Origin: Octopus vulgaris
Lineage: Eukaryota
Assembly (NCBI GenBank): GCA_951406725.2
Contig: OX597816.1
Span: 154,628,001-154,692,000 of the forward strand
Length of the DNA stretch: 64,000 nt
Direction of reading: 5' to 3'
A program made the translations under genes and the position numbers. The notes below the pieces were generated by a model. That model was not told the DNA's origin. It searched no databases and saw nothing but the letters and a program-made list of their open reading frames with translations. Shown here piece by piece: positions 1 through 13,835 of the stretch (its first letter is position 1; the number at the start of each line of letters is the position of its first letter).

Positions 1-152
1 CGTTACTTAGCGGTTCGGCAAAAGAGACCGATAGAATAAGTACTGGGCTTACAAAAAAAGGAATAAGTCCCGGGGTCGAGTTGCTCGATTAAAGGCGATA
101 GTCCAGCATGGCCGCAGTCAAATGACTGAAACAAGTAAAAGAGTAAAGAGTA
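1..152 (+). mobile_element. 3' part of tRNA-headed SINE family 1
   Basis: Matches the reverse complement of 63405-63545; ends ...aatgactgaaacaagtaaaagagtaaagagta. Confidence 0.8.
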
Positions 153-2305
153 TATATGCAAATGCAACTGTATTATATTATTTTAATCTATAATATTGAA
201 TACTTTACTATTAATATACGATTGTTTATTTCATAGTAAAATATTAATTTACTTCTCCATATTTGAAATCAAGTGATTTCAAATATGATCCAAGTAAGGG
301 CGTGTGTGTGTGTATGCATGTATGTGTGCGTGCGTGCTTGTGTGTGTGTGTGTGAAAGAGACACTGTCTTCTGTCTCATGAAATTACGAAGTTGCATCTC
401 GAAGCCTCGAAAGCTGATCTAAACATATTTTTTCTATTCCCCCCTCCCCCCTCTTCACACCGTCATTGTCCGATACAGCTTTGCACCAGTGACGTTATAG
501 AGATATACTTACATACATATACACCTCAAGTGAGAATTACCGTGAGATATGGAAATTTTCCGAGATAGAGTGGACAAGAAACTTTGGAGAGGCTTTTCAG
601 GCAACTCGTTCATACTAAGAAGATCTATTCTTTGAGATGAAAATCAGTGACCCATTTCTATTTTTTTTTGTCCAACATGACCGTAGAAAGAGTTTGTTCT
701 ATAAATACACATGGTCTGGTATTTCCCAGGAAGAAAACTATTTGCATGACGATCTCTGGTGACTGGATTTGGGTTAGGGCTACGGTTAGCGAGATCAGAA
801 GTTTCCACATTAAGTCACTTGCATTTCTTTTGGACGACTACAAGGTGCATCAGCTGATCTTATAATGAAGAATGGCAGTGTAGATTTGGATAGGTCTGGA
901 TCTCAAGGTACGAACGATCTTTAAGAACCCAAATGGTAATTCAGTGGTGCTCGATTGGAACAGTAGCAAAGCTAGTATATTGGCTGGAGCAGGGGAGTCG
1001 GACTTATTCAGGCGTTTAGGGATATTTTTGGGAACGTTCCGATTACACTTACTACAAATTTCAGGGTCAAGAAAAAAAAAACCCAGTTTTCATGTACATT
1101 TTATTATGAAGTTGACTGTGCTAAATTCGAATTTTATAACAAAAATTTCCCAAAACGTCACATTTTCTTGTAATTTCCCCGATGCCATAAATTTATTTTG
1201 CTCCCAAAATCAGATTAAATATGTCCATTGTAATTAATTCATAAATATATAATGAATTGGCATGTTTGTTAGCATTATATAATGTATTAACCTACATTTT
1301 AGTATTTACTTCTTCGTTTATAAAACGTCTCAGATGTGTCACGCTTCAGGTCCCAGCAGAGGTCAGCCAGCATAGCTGGGCTTCATTTCCCCTTATACCT
1401 GTTTACAATTGACGCTATATCTTAGTGGAAATTCTCTCCATATTCATCACTCATATCTCCTACATTCCCTGGGAAGAAGGACAGATGAGAATGAAGAAAG
1501 TGTATCTTCAGTGACATTGCATCCGAAATCTTGGTCGCACTTCATTAAGCTCTCCACTATACCCTCTCGCTGGGCCACTTGGTGCTTTCCCAGAAGTCCT
1601 TTGCATACGTCTCTGAATGCATGCCAGACCGCTACATCAGTTTGATCCATTGTCGTCTCGAAGTCCTCATCAACTATAAGTTGACGAATCTGAGGGCCTA
1701 CGAATATGCCCTCTTTAATCTTGGCATCATTTATTTTTGGGAAGATCGCCTTGAGGTACTGGAAACATAGCTTGTTATGTTGTAGTGCTTTGGTAAATTG
1801 ATTCATTAGTCCAAGTCTTATATGCAGTGGTGGCAAAATGATTTTCTCTAGTTGCTCATGATTTACATTATAGCATCCAGACATCATAGTTTCCCGAGGT
1901 GGCCATTCTGAGTGTACACAATGTTTTGATCTGGCCCTGCTGTACTACTTGCAAAGGAAGCACATTAACTTGATGTATCCAGTTTGTAGTCCATTAAGTA
2001 GTCCTTTCAAGTTCGCACAAATTAGCTACTCAAGCTCCTTGTAACTTATGCGGTCTAGAATAAAATTGACGTTCTCACAATTGAAACTGAAGGCATGGGT
2101 GTTCCCAATACGCAACAGAACCGCTTTTATGCTGTAAAGGGATGCATCTATGAATAACCTCCACTCATTTGGTTCATAGGTCAGCTCAAGGGCATTGAAC
2201 AGGTCTCTGATATCATTACAATAATACAGTTCTATATTTAAGAGATGAGGAATTATGTACATTATTTACATTTGACGGATATTTGTCCTCATCTTGCTTG
2301 TTGTT

Positions 2306-2351
2306 AACACAACGTTTCTGCTGATATACCTTCCAGCCTTCATCAGGTGTC
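2306..2351 (-). ncRNA. Minimal type I hammerhead ribozyme motif (inverted copy)
   Basis: Reverse strand reads gacac-CTGATGA-aggctggaaggtatatcagca-GAAAC-GTT-gtgtt. Confidence 0.65.
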
Positions 2352-2397
2352 TCGGATTCTCATTCCTAAGGTGTTTATTATTATTATTATTATTATT

Positions 2398-3634
<1,237 letters not shown>

Positions 3635-4357
3635 ATCACTGCCTGGAATCGAACTCGAGCAATTATGGAGTGAATTTTGTGGTTTATAAATCTAATATTT
3701 TCCTATCCTTCCTTAATACCGGTTCCCATATGCTACTCATATCTGCTCTCGGTCTACGTAGGAGGTTGTTGGGTCCTAGCATATGAGCTGCTTCTTTTAG
3801 TTTTCGTATTTTCCAGTGGTGTTGTCTATTATTTTAACTTTATTCCACAGGGGGAGGTGGTCTCCATTTTTCTATACATGATCAAAAACATGGAGACCAC
3901 CTCCCCCTGTGGGATGAAGTTAAAATAATAGACAGAGAACACCACTGGAAAATATGAAAACTAAAAGAAGCAGCACATATGCTAGGACACAACAACCTCC
4001 TAAACAGACCGAGTGCAGATATGAGTAGCATATGGAAATAGCTCACGGTTAAGAGCACGGGCTACTAATCCCCAAGATACCGTGTTCGATTCCAGGTAAC
4101 AACAACAACAACAACAACAACAATATCGAAAAGTACCTTAGGAATGAGTGAGCAAAAATCTCGAGAAGTACGTGGAACAAAAAGTGGCTGTAATAAGGGT
4201 GGAGCACTTGCAGAAAACGGCACTGCTTGGAACCTTCGAATACTCCGGAAGATTCCCGAAAAATAAGAGGTGTTACCTTAGTTCCCTGGTCGTGTCACTG
4301 TAGTAGCAACAGCAGCAACAGCAGCAACAGCAGCAGCAGCAGCAGCAGCAGTAGTAA

Positions 4358-4401
<44 letters not shown>

Positions 4402-4450
4402 ATATAGAAAATAACTTTGGAACGAGAACCCAGGTTCGAAATTTCCCCAA

Positions 4451-4496
4451 GACACCTGATGAAGGCTGGAGGGTATATCAACCGAAACGTTGTGTT
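4451..4496 (+). ncRNA. Minimal type I hammerhead ribozyme motif (Penelope-type)
   Basis: gacac-CTGATGA-aggctg...caacc-GAAAC-GTT-gtgtt: stem I acac/gtgt, intact core, palindromic ACGT stem III. Confidence 0.7.
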
Positions 4497-5300
4497 TACA
4501 ACAAACAAGATGAGGGTACATATCTGTCAAATGTAAATAATGTAAATAATGATCATTACAATAAGTCGAGTCGTTTTTCAAAGTGAAGAATTGCTGTAGA
4601 TCTGCAGAATGCTTCCTAAATACTGTAATTTGAGCATTTTTATCCAATAGGTTCCATTGTTGCAGACGTGAGGCCAGGTCTTCACTCTGTTGCTTAGTAA
4701 GTGTTAGATCACGAACTAGATCATTCAGCTCAGATTGGGTGATGAGGTGTGGTTTCATGTCAGATTTACCAAGGTTTTGGACCCATATAACTATAAAAAT
4801 ATTGAGTGTACGCTTATAATTTTCATAGGTTAGGTTTACAAATACCTTAGAAACAACCCATTAAAATTATATCAAAATCCATTACTAACTTTTAGAGTTG
4901 TGAGTTTTGGCCTAATCCTGTTTGCACTCAATTTCTACTTAACCATCAGTGTATTTAACGTTAACGTAAGATGGTAATTTACGAGAAAGAAACGGAGGGT
5001 CACAGAAAGAAACGGATGTTATATTCGTGATCTACACACAAAATAATCTTAGAAAAAGTTATTGTTTCCGTTTGTCTTAAAAAAAAATCATTATACAGAA
5101 TTGGTATGAGTGAGGAAGTGGAATGGTATTTTAGACACCCGGGGAAAATGCGAAGGAATATTGTTCTAGGAAAGCTTCGTCAAACTGCCCAGGGAAATCA
5201 AATTACCTGCTAAATAATATATAGATTTTGATATGAAAGTTTAAGATCACGGCGTATCTTAGTCATGTAGTCATGGCGTATGAAGAGAGAAGGAGAGAGG

Positions 5301-5332
<32 letters not shown>

Positions 5333-6619
5333 GATAGATAGAGATAAGAGATAGAGATAGATAGAGAGAGAGAGAGAGAGAAAGAAATAGAGATGTATGT
5401 CTGCGTGTGTGCGTGTGTATGTGTGTGTGTGACGGCACGCAAAAAGCATGCATACAGACTCACGCACACACACACAGACATTTGTATCTATATCTATCTG
5501 CAACGACACTGGTGCAAAGCTGTATCAGACAGCGACGTAGTGAAGAGGAGAGAAAAGAAAACATGAGCAGCAGATTAGCACTGTTTGGAGATCAACTTTC
5601 GAGATTTCAAGATGTAGCTTTGTAGTCTCATGCGAGAGACAAAGGTCGCTCCCTGTCTCTATCTCTTTCCCTGTCTCTGCCTCACCGTCTCCATGTTTAT
5701 CGCTCGCCCTCACATATACACCCGCATACACACGTATACACACAAGGCGCGTATGAATTACCTCCCTTACATCAAATAACTTTGAAATCAAATGACATGT
5801 AGAGAAGTAAAATATTATCTTAATAATTTCCATTTTACTTCAAAATAAACAATAAAATATTAACAGTAAATTATTGAATATCATGCATAGATATAACATA
5901 ATACACTTATACTTACATATAACGGCACTATATTTAAATTTTGAGAAATACTTTAATTGCAATAACACTAAATAGTATATTCATAGAACTTATATATGTG
6001 AATTGGCTGAACGACCTGTTTATAAAAAGGGTCTTTGTCGTCAGTAACACCTAGTTGCCAGTTTTCGAGCAACTGGGCGGAATCACAATCAAGAGATTTC
6101 GGAGACGTAATTTCTAACAACTGGGGGCAGCTGTCGCTCTTATACGCACGGCGCTCGGTAAAATGAATTAACATTAGATTTTGGTTAACGAGCTTTGTTT
6201 TGCTTGTAGTATATTTGGCCTTCAGTCGTTGATTAACTCTAGGCTATAGGATGTATGAAGCAAACACATTTCAGCTATGACCATTGTAGTTTTTTTTCTG
6301 GAATGTTGTACTTAAAACGACACTGATAATGAATTCTTTTAAGTGTCGGTAGGGTATACTTTCACGAAAATTATGACTGCTATGTCTAGCAGCTTGAGCC
6401 AATATATTTTGTTCTGGTTGATTCACGAAGCCAAGGTGAATCAAATCCATTCAAACTCTCTCTTTGTTTTTTTTTTTACTTTCTCTGTCTATCTGTCAGT
6501 CTCCCCACCTCTCTCTTTTTCATATTTTCTGTTCCATGCTTTGTGAGTTGACTCTGATGGACTGCACACAAGCTCGTCGCGCACACTCACACACTTTGTA
6601 CAATTATATGTACACACAC

Positions 6620-7110
6620 ACACGGGCTAAGCATGTTAGTTAGCATAAAAGAAAACCAAAATATCAACTAGATTATGGCTGGGAGATAGCAGTTTACTCA
6701 AAGTAACCGTCCTAAGTTTCCATCGCGGCTTCAAGATGGCTGAAGAATCTGGAACATGCATTCCTCACTGTGTCTATGGAAGATCTTCGAGCACTTTCTT
6801 GCTCTTGACCGTTAGCTCGGTCTTGGTGCTATAGGCAGAATGGCTGGTGCCTTTCTCACCTGCGTCCCGCACATAGTAATACATGGGATTACAACCGAGG
6901 AAATTAGGAGGCCAGAAATTGGGGCTGGTGAAATCGTAGAAATTCACCGACAACCACTTCTGACACTTTCTGAAAGTATGGCGAAGTGTTGAATATTACT
7001 GCCACACATATGGCCTTCCATCAGCGACCCTCTCTAGCCAGGGATTGACTGCAGTCTCCAGCAGCTGCACATAGGCATATGAATTGAGCTTAAGATGTGG
7101 GGATGAAGTC
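6620..7110 (-). mobile_element. maT/DD37D-like (Tc1/mariner) transposase remnant
   Basis: YVQLLETAVNPWLERVADGRPYVWQ...QKWLSVNFYDFTSPNFWPPN...TVRNACSRF, with stops. Confidence 0.7.
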
Positions 7111-7369
7111 CGGTGGTAGACACGGTTAGAACACCTGTTTTGCCCCTTCCTGCTGGCGACAGTTTCGTAGTCACCGTTACAGCTATCCATGTCATGTCTC
7201 ACAACCTTTACAATGTTCACAGTGTATTGAACAGAATCATGATGTCGGCATTTTGACACCCGGCGCGAATCATCATGACACCCGGCGCGAATCATCGTGA
7301 CACACGAGACTTTTTTCCAATATATTGCTAGGTTCCAGTCCTCTATGTCAGCTTACTTTTTCTCAAGTA

Positions 7370-8649
7370 TCAGGTCATCCCATAAGTTCTGTCCGAATTT
7401 TGAATAAAGAAAACAAGTGATCAAATGTTATATTTAATCATCAATGTACTTTCCCTTATTATCTATGACTTCCTTCCATCTATTTTCAAGCTTTTTAATC
7501 CCATCAATGTAAAACTCTTTTGGTTTCAAAGTGAAGAACTCTGAAATGTCAGTTTCAACCTCCTCTTGGCTTGCGAAAGTTATGTCCTCCAAATGATTCT
7601 GTAAACTACGAAACAAATAGCAGTCTGAAGGAGCAAGGTCGGGAGAATAAGGTGGATGAGGAATTTTTTCCCAACCAAGCTCTTCGATCCTCTGTGATAT
7701 GATCTTTGCAGTGTGGGGTCGTGCATTGTCCTGATGAAACATCACTCCTTTTCGATTCACTAAAGAGAGTCTTTTTTTCTTCAAAGCTTGGTTCAAATGG
7801 TCTAATTGCTGACAGTAGACAGGAGCATTGATTGTTGCATTAGGTGGTAACAATTTAAAGTGAATTACTCCTTTGCAATCCCACCAGATAGAGAGAAGAA
7901 CCTTTTCCCCATGAAGTTCCCACCTCGGTTGTGGTTGAGCTTTTACCCTTTTACCACGCCACAGTTTACGACGTTTAACATTTCGATAGAAGATCTATTT
8001 TTCGTCACCAGTCACAAGTCTATCCAAAAAGGGTGAAATGAGTTTGCGAGAATGGAGAGAAGAGCAGATTTCAACTCGGGGTTTACGGTTGCTTTCGGAC
8101 AATTCACGAGGCACCCATTTTCCATGTTTAGGAACCTTTCCATGTTGTTAAAGATGACGATGAACAGTTGTATTGTTTGAACAAAGCTTTATTGCCAATT
8201 CTTCAACTGATAATGCAGGATTTTCTTCAAGTAATGCCTCAAGGAGCTTAGCATCAAACTCAACTGGATGTCTTGTTCGATCTTCATCTTCAAGGCTGAA
8301 GTCTCCACTTCTGAATTTTGCAAACCATCTTCTGCAAGTTCTTTCATTCAAGCATTCTTTCCCATAAACTGAGTGTATGTTTCGAGTCGCTTCGGCTGCA
8401 GGGTTTCCTTTTCTGTACTCATAAAGCATTATGTTCCTCAAATGCTCTTTGGATACTTCCATGTTAGAAAGGGTTTTAATCAAAGAAATTTTAATTCTAT
8501 TATTCTGTAAAATAATAATATTTAATTAGTTTAAATGTACATAATTGCATAAAAGTAATTTTTAATTCCATTAGACATTCCAAAATACTATTAAATCTCA
8601 TTCAATTTTTAAAAAGGTTAAATCGGGCAGAACTTATGGGATGACCTGA
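7370..8649 (-). mobile_element. Full-length inactive mariner (DD34D) element, 1280 bp
   Basis: 27-bp TIRs TCAGGTCATCCCATAAGTTCTG(T/C)CCGA with TA on both sides. Transposase motifs WFAKFRSGDFSLED, VTGDEK(stop), HQDNARPH, YSPDLAPSDCYLF; in-frame stops. Confidence 0.95.
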
Positions 8650-9589
8650 TACAACTTTAATTTCTATGCTTTCCAGCATCATTGACTTTTCACCCATATA
8701 TCAAGCTGTTCTTGAAAAAGAAAAAAAAGGAAATACAAAAAATTGCCAAATTTAGCACGAACATGCCGTACGTGTGTGTGTGTGTGTGCATTAAATTCCT
8801 TTTTCCAAAAATACTCGATACAGTTTTGAACGACGATTTAACTAACTATTTAAAAGAATATTTCGTTGCTATCTCTAAATTTTTAACGCTCTTTGGCTTT
8901 GTTGAAAGTTCATTATCAAACCAACTCACAGCGAATGATTTTATAGATAAAACGTGATTAGTCAAACATGTACAATCTCATATTTATAGCTACTTGTAAT
9001 GTACATTTCCTTCTTATACCGAATTCACATTAATAAAACCGGTCGCTTTTTTTTATGCAACAGATAGATTTACTTTGACTCTACAATCTTAACTGAGTTT
9101 CGCTCTCAACAAAATGCAATTGACCGTGCTACACAAGTGATATTACAAGCAATCAGCGCAGTCTAATTTGACTTTTTATATTCTTATTTCCTTCTGTTTG
9201 TTTCATCGTTACCGAAGTATGAAATAGATTGGCTGGGCAGCCTTTTATGCAACTTTGTGTAAACATAAGTGCTATTCAATAAGCGATAGAAAACTTCTTT
9301 AGTTGTAATGTTAATTTTTCTGTTATGACGTTAAAAGTTAACACAATTTTGTTACAGAACGTTCTACTAATATCAAACACTTATATTATGTTCGAAAAGA
9401 AATAAAAAAAGAAAGAGTAATTCATGTCATTGGTTAACATAATATATAAGAAATTCTATTCAGTTAAATAATTTTACACTGCTTTTGAAAGAAGAGCTAT
9501 TTCTTGTTTCTTAAACGGTTCGCTAAATACACGTTCCTAATAAAAAAAGTCTGTAATTGCCATTATACCTTTGAGTTAGTAGCAAATAA

Positions 9590-9590
<1 letters not shown>

Positions 9591-9683
<93 letters not shown>
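9591..9683. repeat. (CA)n microsatellite
   Basis: Direct reading; one of many, e.g. (TATC)n ~12177-12275, (AG)n ~19929-20009, (ATT)n ~3524-3630 and ~29715-29882, numerous (TA)n. Confidence 0.95.
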
Positions 9684-9685
<2 letters not shown>

Positions 9686-9805
9686 GCATATTCATATACG
9701 CATGCACGTATATAATTTAGAAAATGTACAATACAGCAATGTCTTTTAAATTAAAGCCACCATTTGATCTGCTTCATTACCTTCAACATTACATACATAC
9801 ATACA

Positions 9806-10205
9806 GGCGTAGTGGCTGTGAGGTAAGTAGCTTGCTTACCAACCACATGGCTCCAGGTTCAGTCCCACCGCGTGGCACCTTGGGCAAGTGTCTTCTACTA
9901 TAATGGGAAGGTTTACGAAAATAAACAAAAGACGAAGGCAGGTTTACGAAAATAAACAAAAGACGAAGGCAGATTTACGAAAATAAACAAAAGACGAAGG
10001 CAGGTGGAGTACAAACAAACAATTGTATTGGTATGGCGCTCAGGAATAGAAATAAAACAAGTCTTTTACGTTTCGAGCCTACGCTCTTCAACAGAAAGAT
10101 ACACAGAAAAGAAACAAGGAGAGAAAAAAATGCGTGCAGGAGCTAACGATTCAGGGCTGACCAAAGCCTTGTGAGTGGATTTGGTAGACGGAAACTGAAA
10201 GAAGC

Positions 10206-10248
<43 letters not shown>

Positions 10249-10390
10249 ATGTTTGTGTGTCTGCGTTTGTCCCCCCCCAACATCGCTTGACAACCGATGG
10301 TGGTGTGTTTACGTCCCCGTAACTTAGCTGTTCAGTAAAAGAGACCGATAGGCTTACAAAGAATAAGTCCTGGGGTTGATTTGTTTGACG
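9806..10390 (+). mobile_element. tRNA-headed SINE family 1 (CORE-like ccttgggcaagt segment, internal microsatellite), interrupted at ~9905-10150
   Basis: Head ggcgtagtggctgtgaggtaagtagc...ggttcagtccc; homologous to copies at 25445-25805, 42801-43220 and 63405-63835. Confidence 0.8.
9905..10150 (-). mobile_element. Penelope-like terminal fragment (second family) with three 31-bp tandem repeats
   Basis: (ggtttacgaaaataaacaaaagacgaaggca)x3; homologous to 24677-24860; carries a hammerhead-like motif at 10062-10099. Confidence 0.6.
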
Positions 10391-11061
10391 AGTATGACCA
10401 TCGCTGACAAATTGTCCTGATGTCTTTTAAGCTAACGACTGGCACTTTTTGTCACTGGTGCAACACTCATATTCATGCGTTGCAATTGGGTGCTTGATTG
10501 TGTACTTTGATGTATCTTGTGAGTCCAGATCGGCTGGGAAATTCCCTACCACATCAGATTAGCTGCTAGAAATTGGTGGTATTGAATTTGAAGCCTTTTA
10601 GTATATTTGCTTAGACGACTCGTGATAGCAGTTCTGCAAAGGCAAACCCGTCCACATTCATCATATTCAAACTGTGTGACTGTTGGGTTAACAGATTCTC
10701 TTTCCATAACTACTCGCTTTACATTAACCTATTCCTGAAACTTTCTGTGGCCATTGGTAAATTTTGTGCGTCAATTACATTTGTCGAGCATTGAAGACTC
10801 TTAGTCAGTTGTTTCAGTCTTGCAAGGAATCTTTCACAGTCTTTGAAACGCAATTTTGGTTAATGCTGTAGTTTCATACCAAGCGTCAGCTTTCCACAAA
10901 GAATTTGATTTGGAATTCTGCTAATGTAATCGAATGAGATGTTCTGTCTAGCGGAATCTGTGGATGCACGCATGCATGCAAACATACATACGTACACACA
11001 TATATGCAAACATACATACGTACACGCATATATGCATAAATATATACATCGATAAACACGA

Positions 11062-11173
<112 letters not shown>

Positions 11174-12175
11174 CCTTCTAAACAACTTACTGCAAGAGAT
11201 CAACAAAATAGATATACCAATTTACAAGCTGCGCAGTATTTCTAGAAACTTCAACACCAATTAAAATGTTGACAGGATATATTTTTCTCGCAGGGGCTGT
11301 TTTCTTAAATTTGTATTGATGTCATATAAAACACGTACTTAAACACTAAAGTAACAACTGCAGCAGAGGAAGAAGACTAATAATTATCTGGCCCAAACAT
11401 TCGAACACAAAAATAATATAATTAGGGTTGCTAAAGAACTCGAGGAGAGGCCTTCGATTACGAATACCGGGTTTTTATTCGGTTGACTATTCACAACATC
11501 AGTGGATGTTATATTCACCGTTTCCTATATCGGAGGCGACGAATTAGCATACAAGCATGTGGCTGACTACGAGTACATGTCATTGGAAAAGTCCGAAAAG
11601 GCCGAAAATCATCTGGCGTTCTCGTTCAGCGTTGCTGGGTCAATTTTTCGTCTTTCTCCGATATTTATTGTTCTTAACACAGCATATCCATAAGAGATGT
11701 AATCTCAGGGCGAATACTGCAATAACTAACCTATCAACGCTGTATATACATTAAGTATGATACAAAGGTGTATGTATATGTGCGTGTATGCATTTGTGAA
11801 CACATTGGCATATGGAGTTTAAATCCCTAATAAACCGCGTATCTATGGGTATATTCGTAAGTGCTGACTGAATATATGAATTGTTCGATCAAGCAGTGGG
11901 AGACAATATCATCCTCATCACTGTAATATTTATTTTACAACATTCACTAACACTCTCGTTCTGGTTGAATAAAACACCAGAGCACTTTTGGGCGAATCGA
12001 GTTATGTGTACATACATATGTGCGTTCTAAGGTCACAAATTTAGTGGGAGTAGTCGAGACACACAATTAATTCGACTCCAGCAGTCGATTGGTATTTTAT
12101 CTTAACACTGAAAGAACGAAATACGAATTTTAAATTCTGAACGTAACGTACCGTAACTAAATACCGCTTTAACGA

Positions 12176-12275
<100 letters not shown>

Positions 12276-12739
12276 GTCTATCTATTTATCTGTCTGTCCG
12301 TCCGTCTGTCTGTCTGTCTGTCATATATGCTTGCATGCATATATTAGTGTATGCGCATACACATATTCATGAGCGCGTGCGTGTGTGCGTGTATGTGTAT
12401 ATGTGTTTTCACCATCTGTGTATACGTGGACACACATGTATGTATGTATGTATGTATGTATGTATGCATGCATGTATGTATGTATATTTTTATATTATCG
12501 TCGATAATTTTGGTTTGATAATTTACGCACGTATCAGTTTCTATTTCAGAGTATTCAATTAGTGTTTTCCAGTAGTAAATTTAATATATTTTGTGTACCG
12601 AATTTTCACACAGTTATCACTTGCTGGAAATCAACGATGCTCTAGTGTCTTCATACTATTATTTTATAAATCTACTCAAATTATTATATTGCTCAAACTG
12701 AAACACGGCTTTGGTGACATCTGGGTATGTCTCTACCAG

Positions 12740-12830
12740 AAGAAGATATTAACAAGATATTAAGATATTAAGATATTAAGAAGATATTAAGATATTAACA
12801 AGATATTAAGAAGAAGATATTAACAAGATT
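12740..12830. repeat. AAGATATT-based minisatellite
   Basis: Tandem aagatatt(aac/aag) units. Confidence 0.85.
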
Positions 12831-13327
12831 TTCACACCTCATAACTTTTCCAAATCTCTCTGAATGCTGACTGATTCGAAATGTACATCCGTGGCTTCGA
12901 TATAAACAATATAAAAGATTATTAAATACTGAAGCTCTAAAGTGAATAGTAGGATAAGGTCGGAACCCTACAAGTCTCTTTAAAGTAATACCACACACTG
13001 CTTCCTCAAAACTACTACATTTATTATTGAAGTTTTTTTAATATTACATATCAGAATAGGGTGGCTAGCTGCTAAAATCATCATCGGTATTTCTTTCGTC
13101 GTTATGTTCTGGGTTCAAATTCCGCCAAGGTTGACTTTTCATTCCTTCGGAGTCGATAAAATAAGTACCAGTTGTACACTGGAGTTAGTGTAATCGACTT
13201 AATCCCTCTCCTGAACTTGCTGGACTTGTACCAAAATTTGAAACCGATATTACGTATAAGCGATCTTCAAATAAATTTACATTAAATTTATTAACAAGAA
13301 ACATTAGAAAATGTTGAATTATTCAGG

Positions 13328-13333
13328 TTTATT
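13328..13333 (-). promoter_or_regulatory. Candidate polyadenylation signal for the channel gene
   Basis: AATAAA on the minus strand ~360 nt after the stop, with another at 13287-13292. Weak, because the region is AT-rich. Confidence 0.3.
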
Positions 13334-13695
13334 AATTCCTCTGACAAAACTCAATTATGCAAATGAAGAATCTGTGATAGTTTCAAATATTTTTTGCACT
13401 AATTTCAGCACTAAAACTTCTCTGTTATATTTCTGTACACATATTGCATTGGTAAATTATATTTCACAAAACATCTTTCGCCACTAAAAGCATTAGGATA
13501 TTCATCTAAACATATTTTTTCTCGAATATTTAGAATTTTTTAAACGATAGTCTGCTATATCAAGACTTTCGGTTTAGAAGCGTGAAGTTCGAAGTTGTAG
13601 CATGATAGCAGCATGAAATCCAGAGACAATAGCTAGTTAGTATATTCATAGTCAAGTATCAAATCAAAGACATGATTAATAAAAAATTAAGAGTT

Positions 13696-13835
13696 TTACA
13701 GGTTGTCAACTCTCTTTTTCATCAGTAATTTCGCTAATAATTTCTGAAAGGAAAATCCTATCGCAAAGTCTGCTAGTTCAAATATTGTTAAAATACTGGA
13801 TCCAAGGAGAAGACCAAGAGCGCCTCCAGTATCAC
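13696..13835 (-). CDS. DEG/ENaC coding exon 10 (TM2, GSS filter, stop)
   Basis: CDTGGALGLLLGSSILTIFELADFAIGFSFQKLLAKLLMKKRVDNL-TAA; acceptor ttatttcag. Confidence 0.95.

Noticed and set aside
10800-10960. Possible extra exon of another minus-strand gene
   Set aside because: An AG follows a microsatellite, but the frames close quickly and there is no recognisable protein motif.
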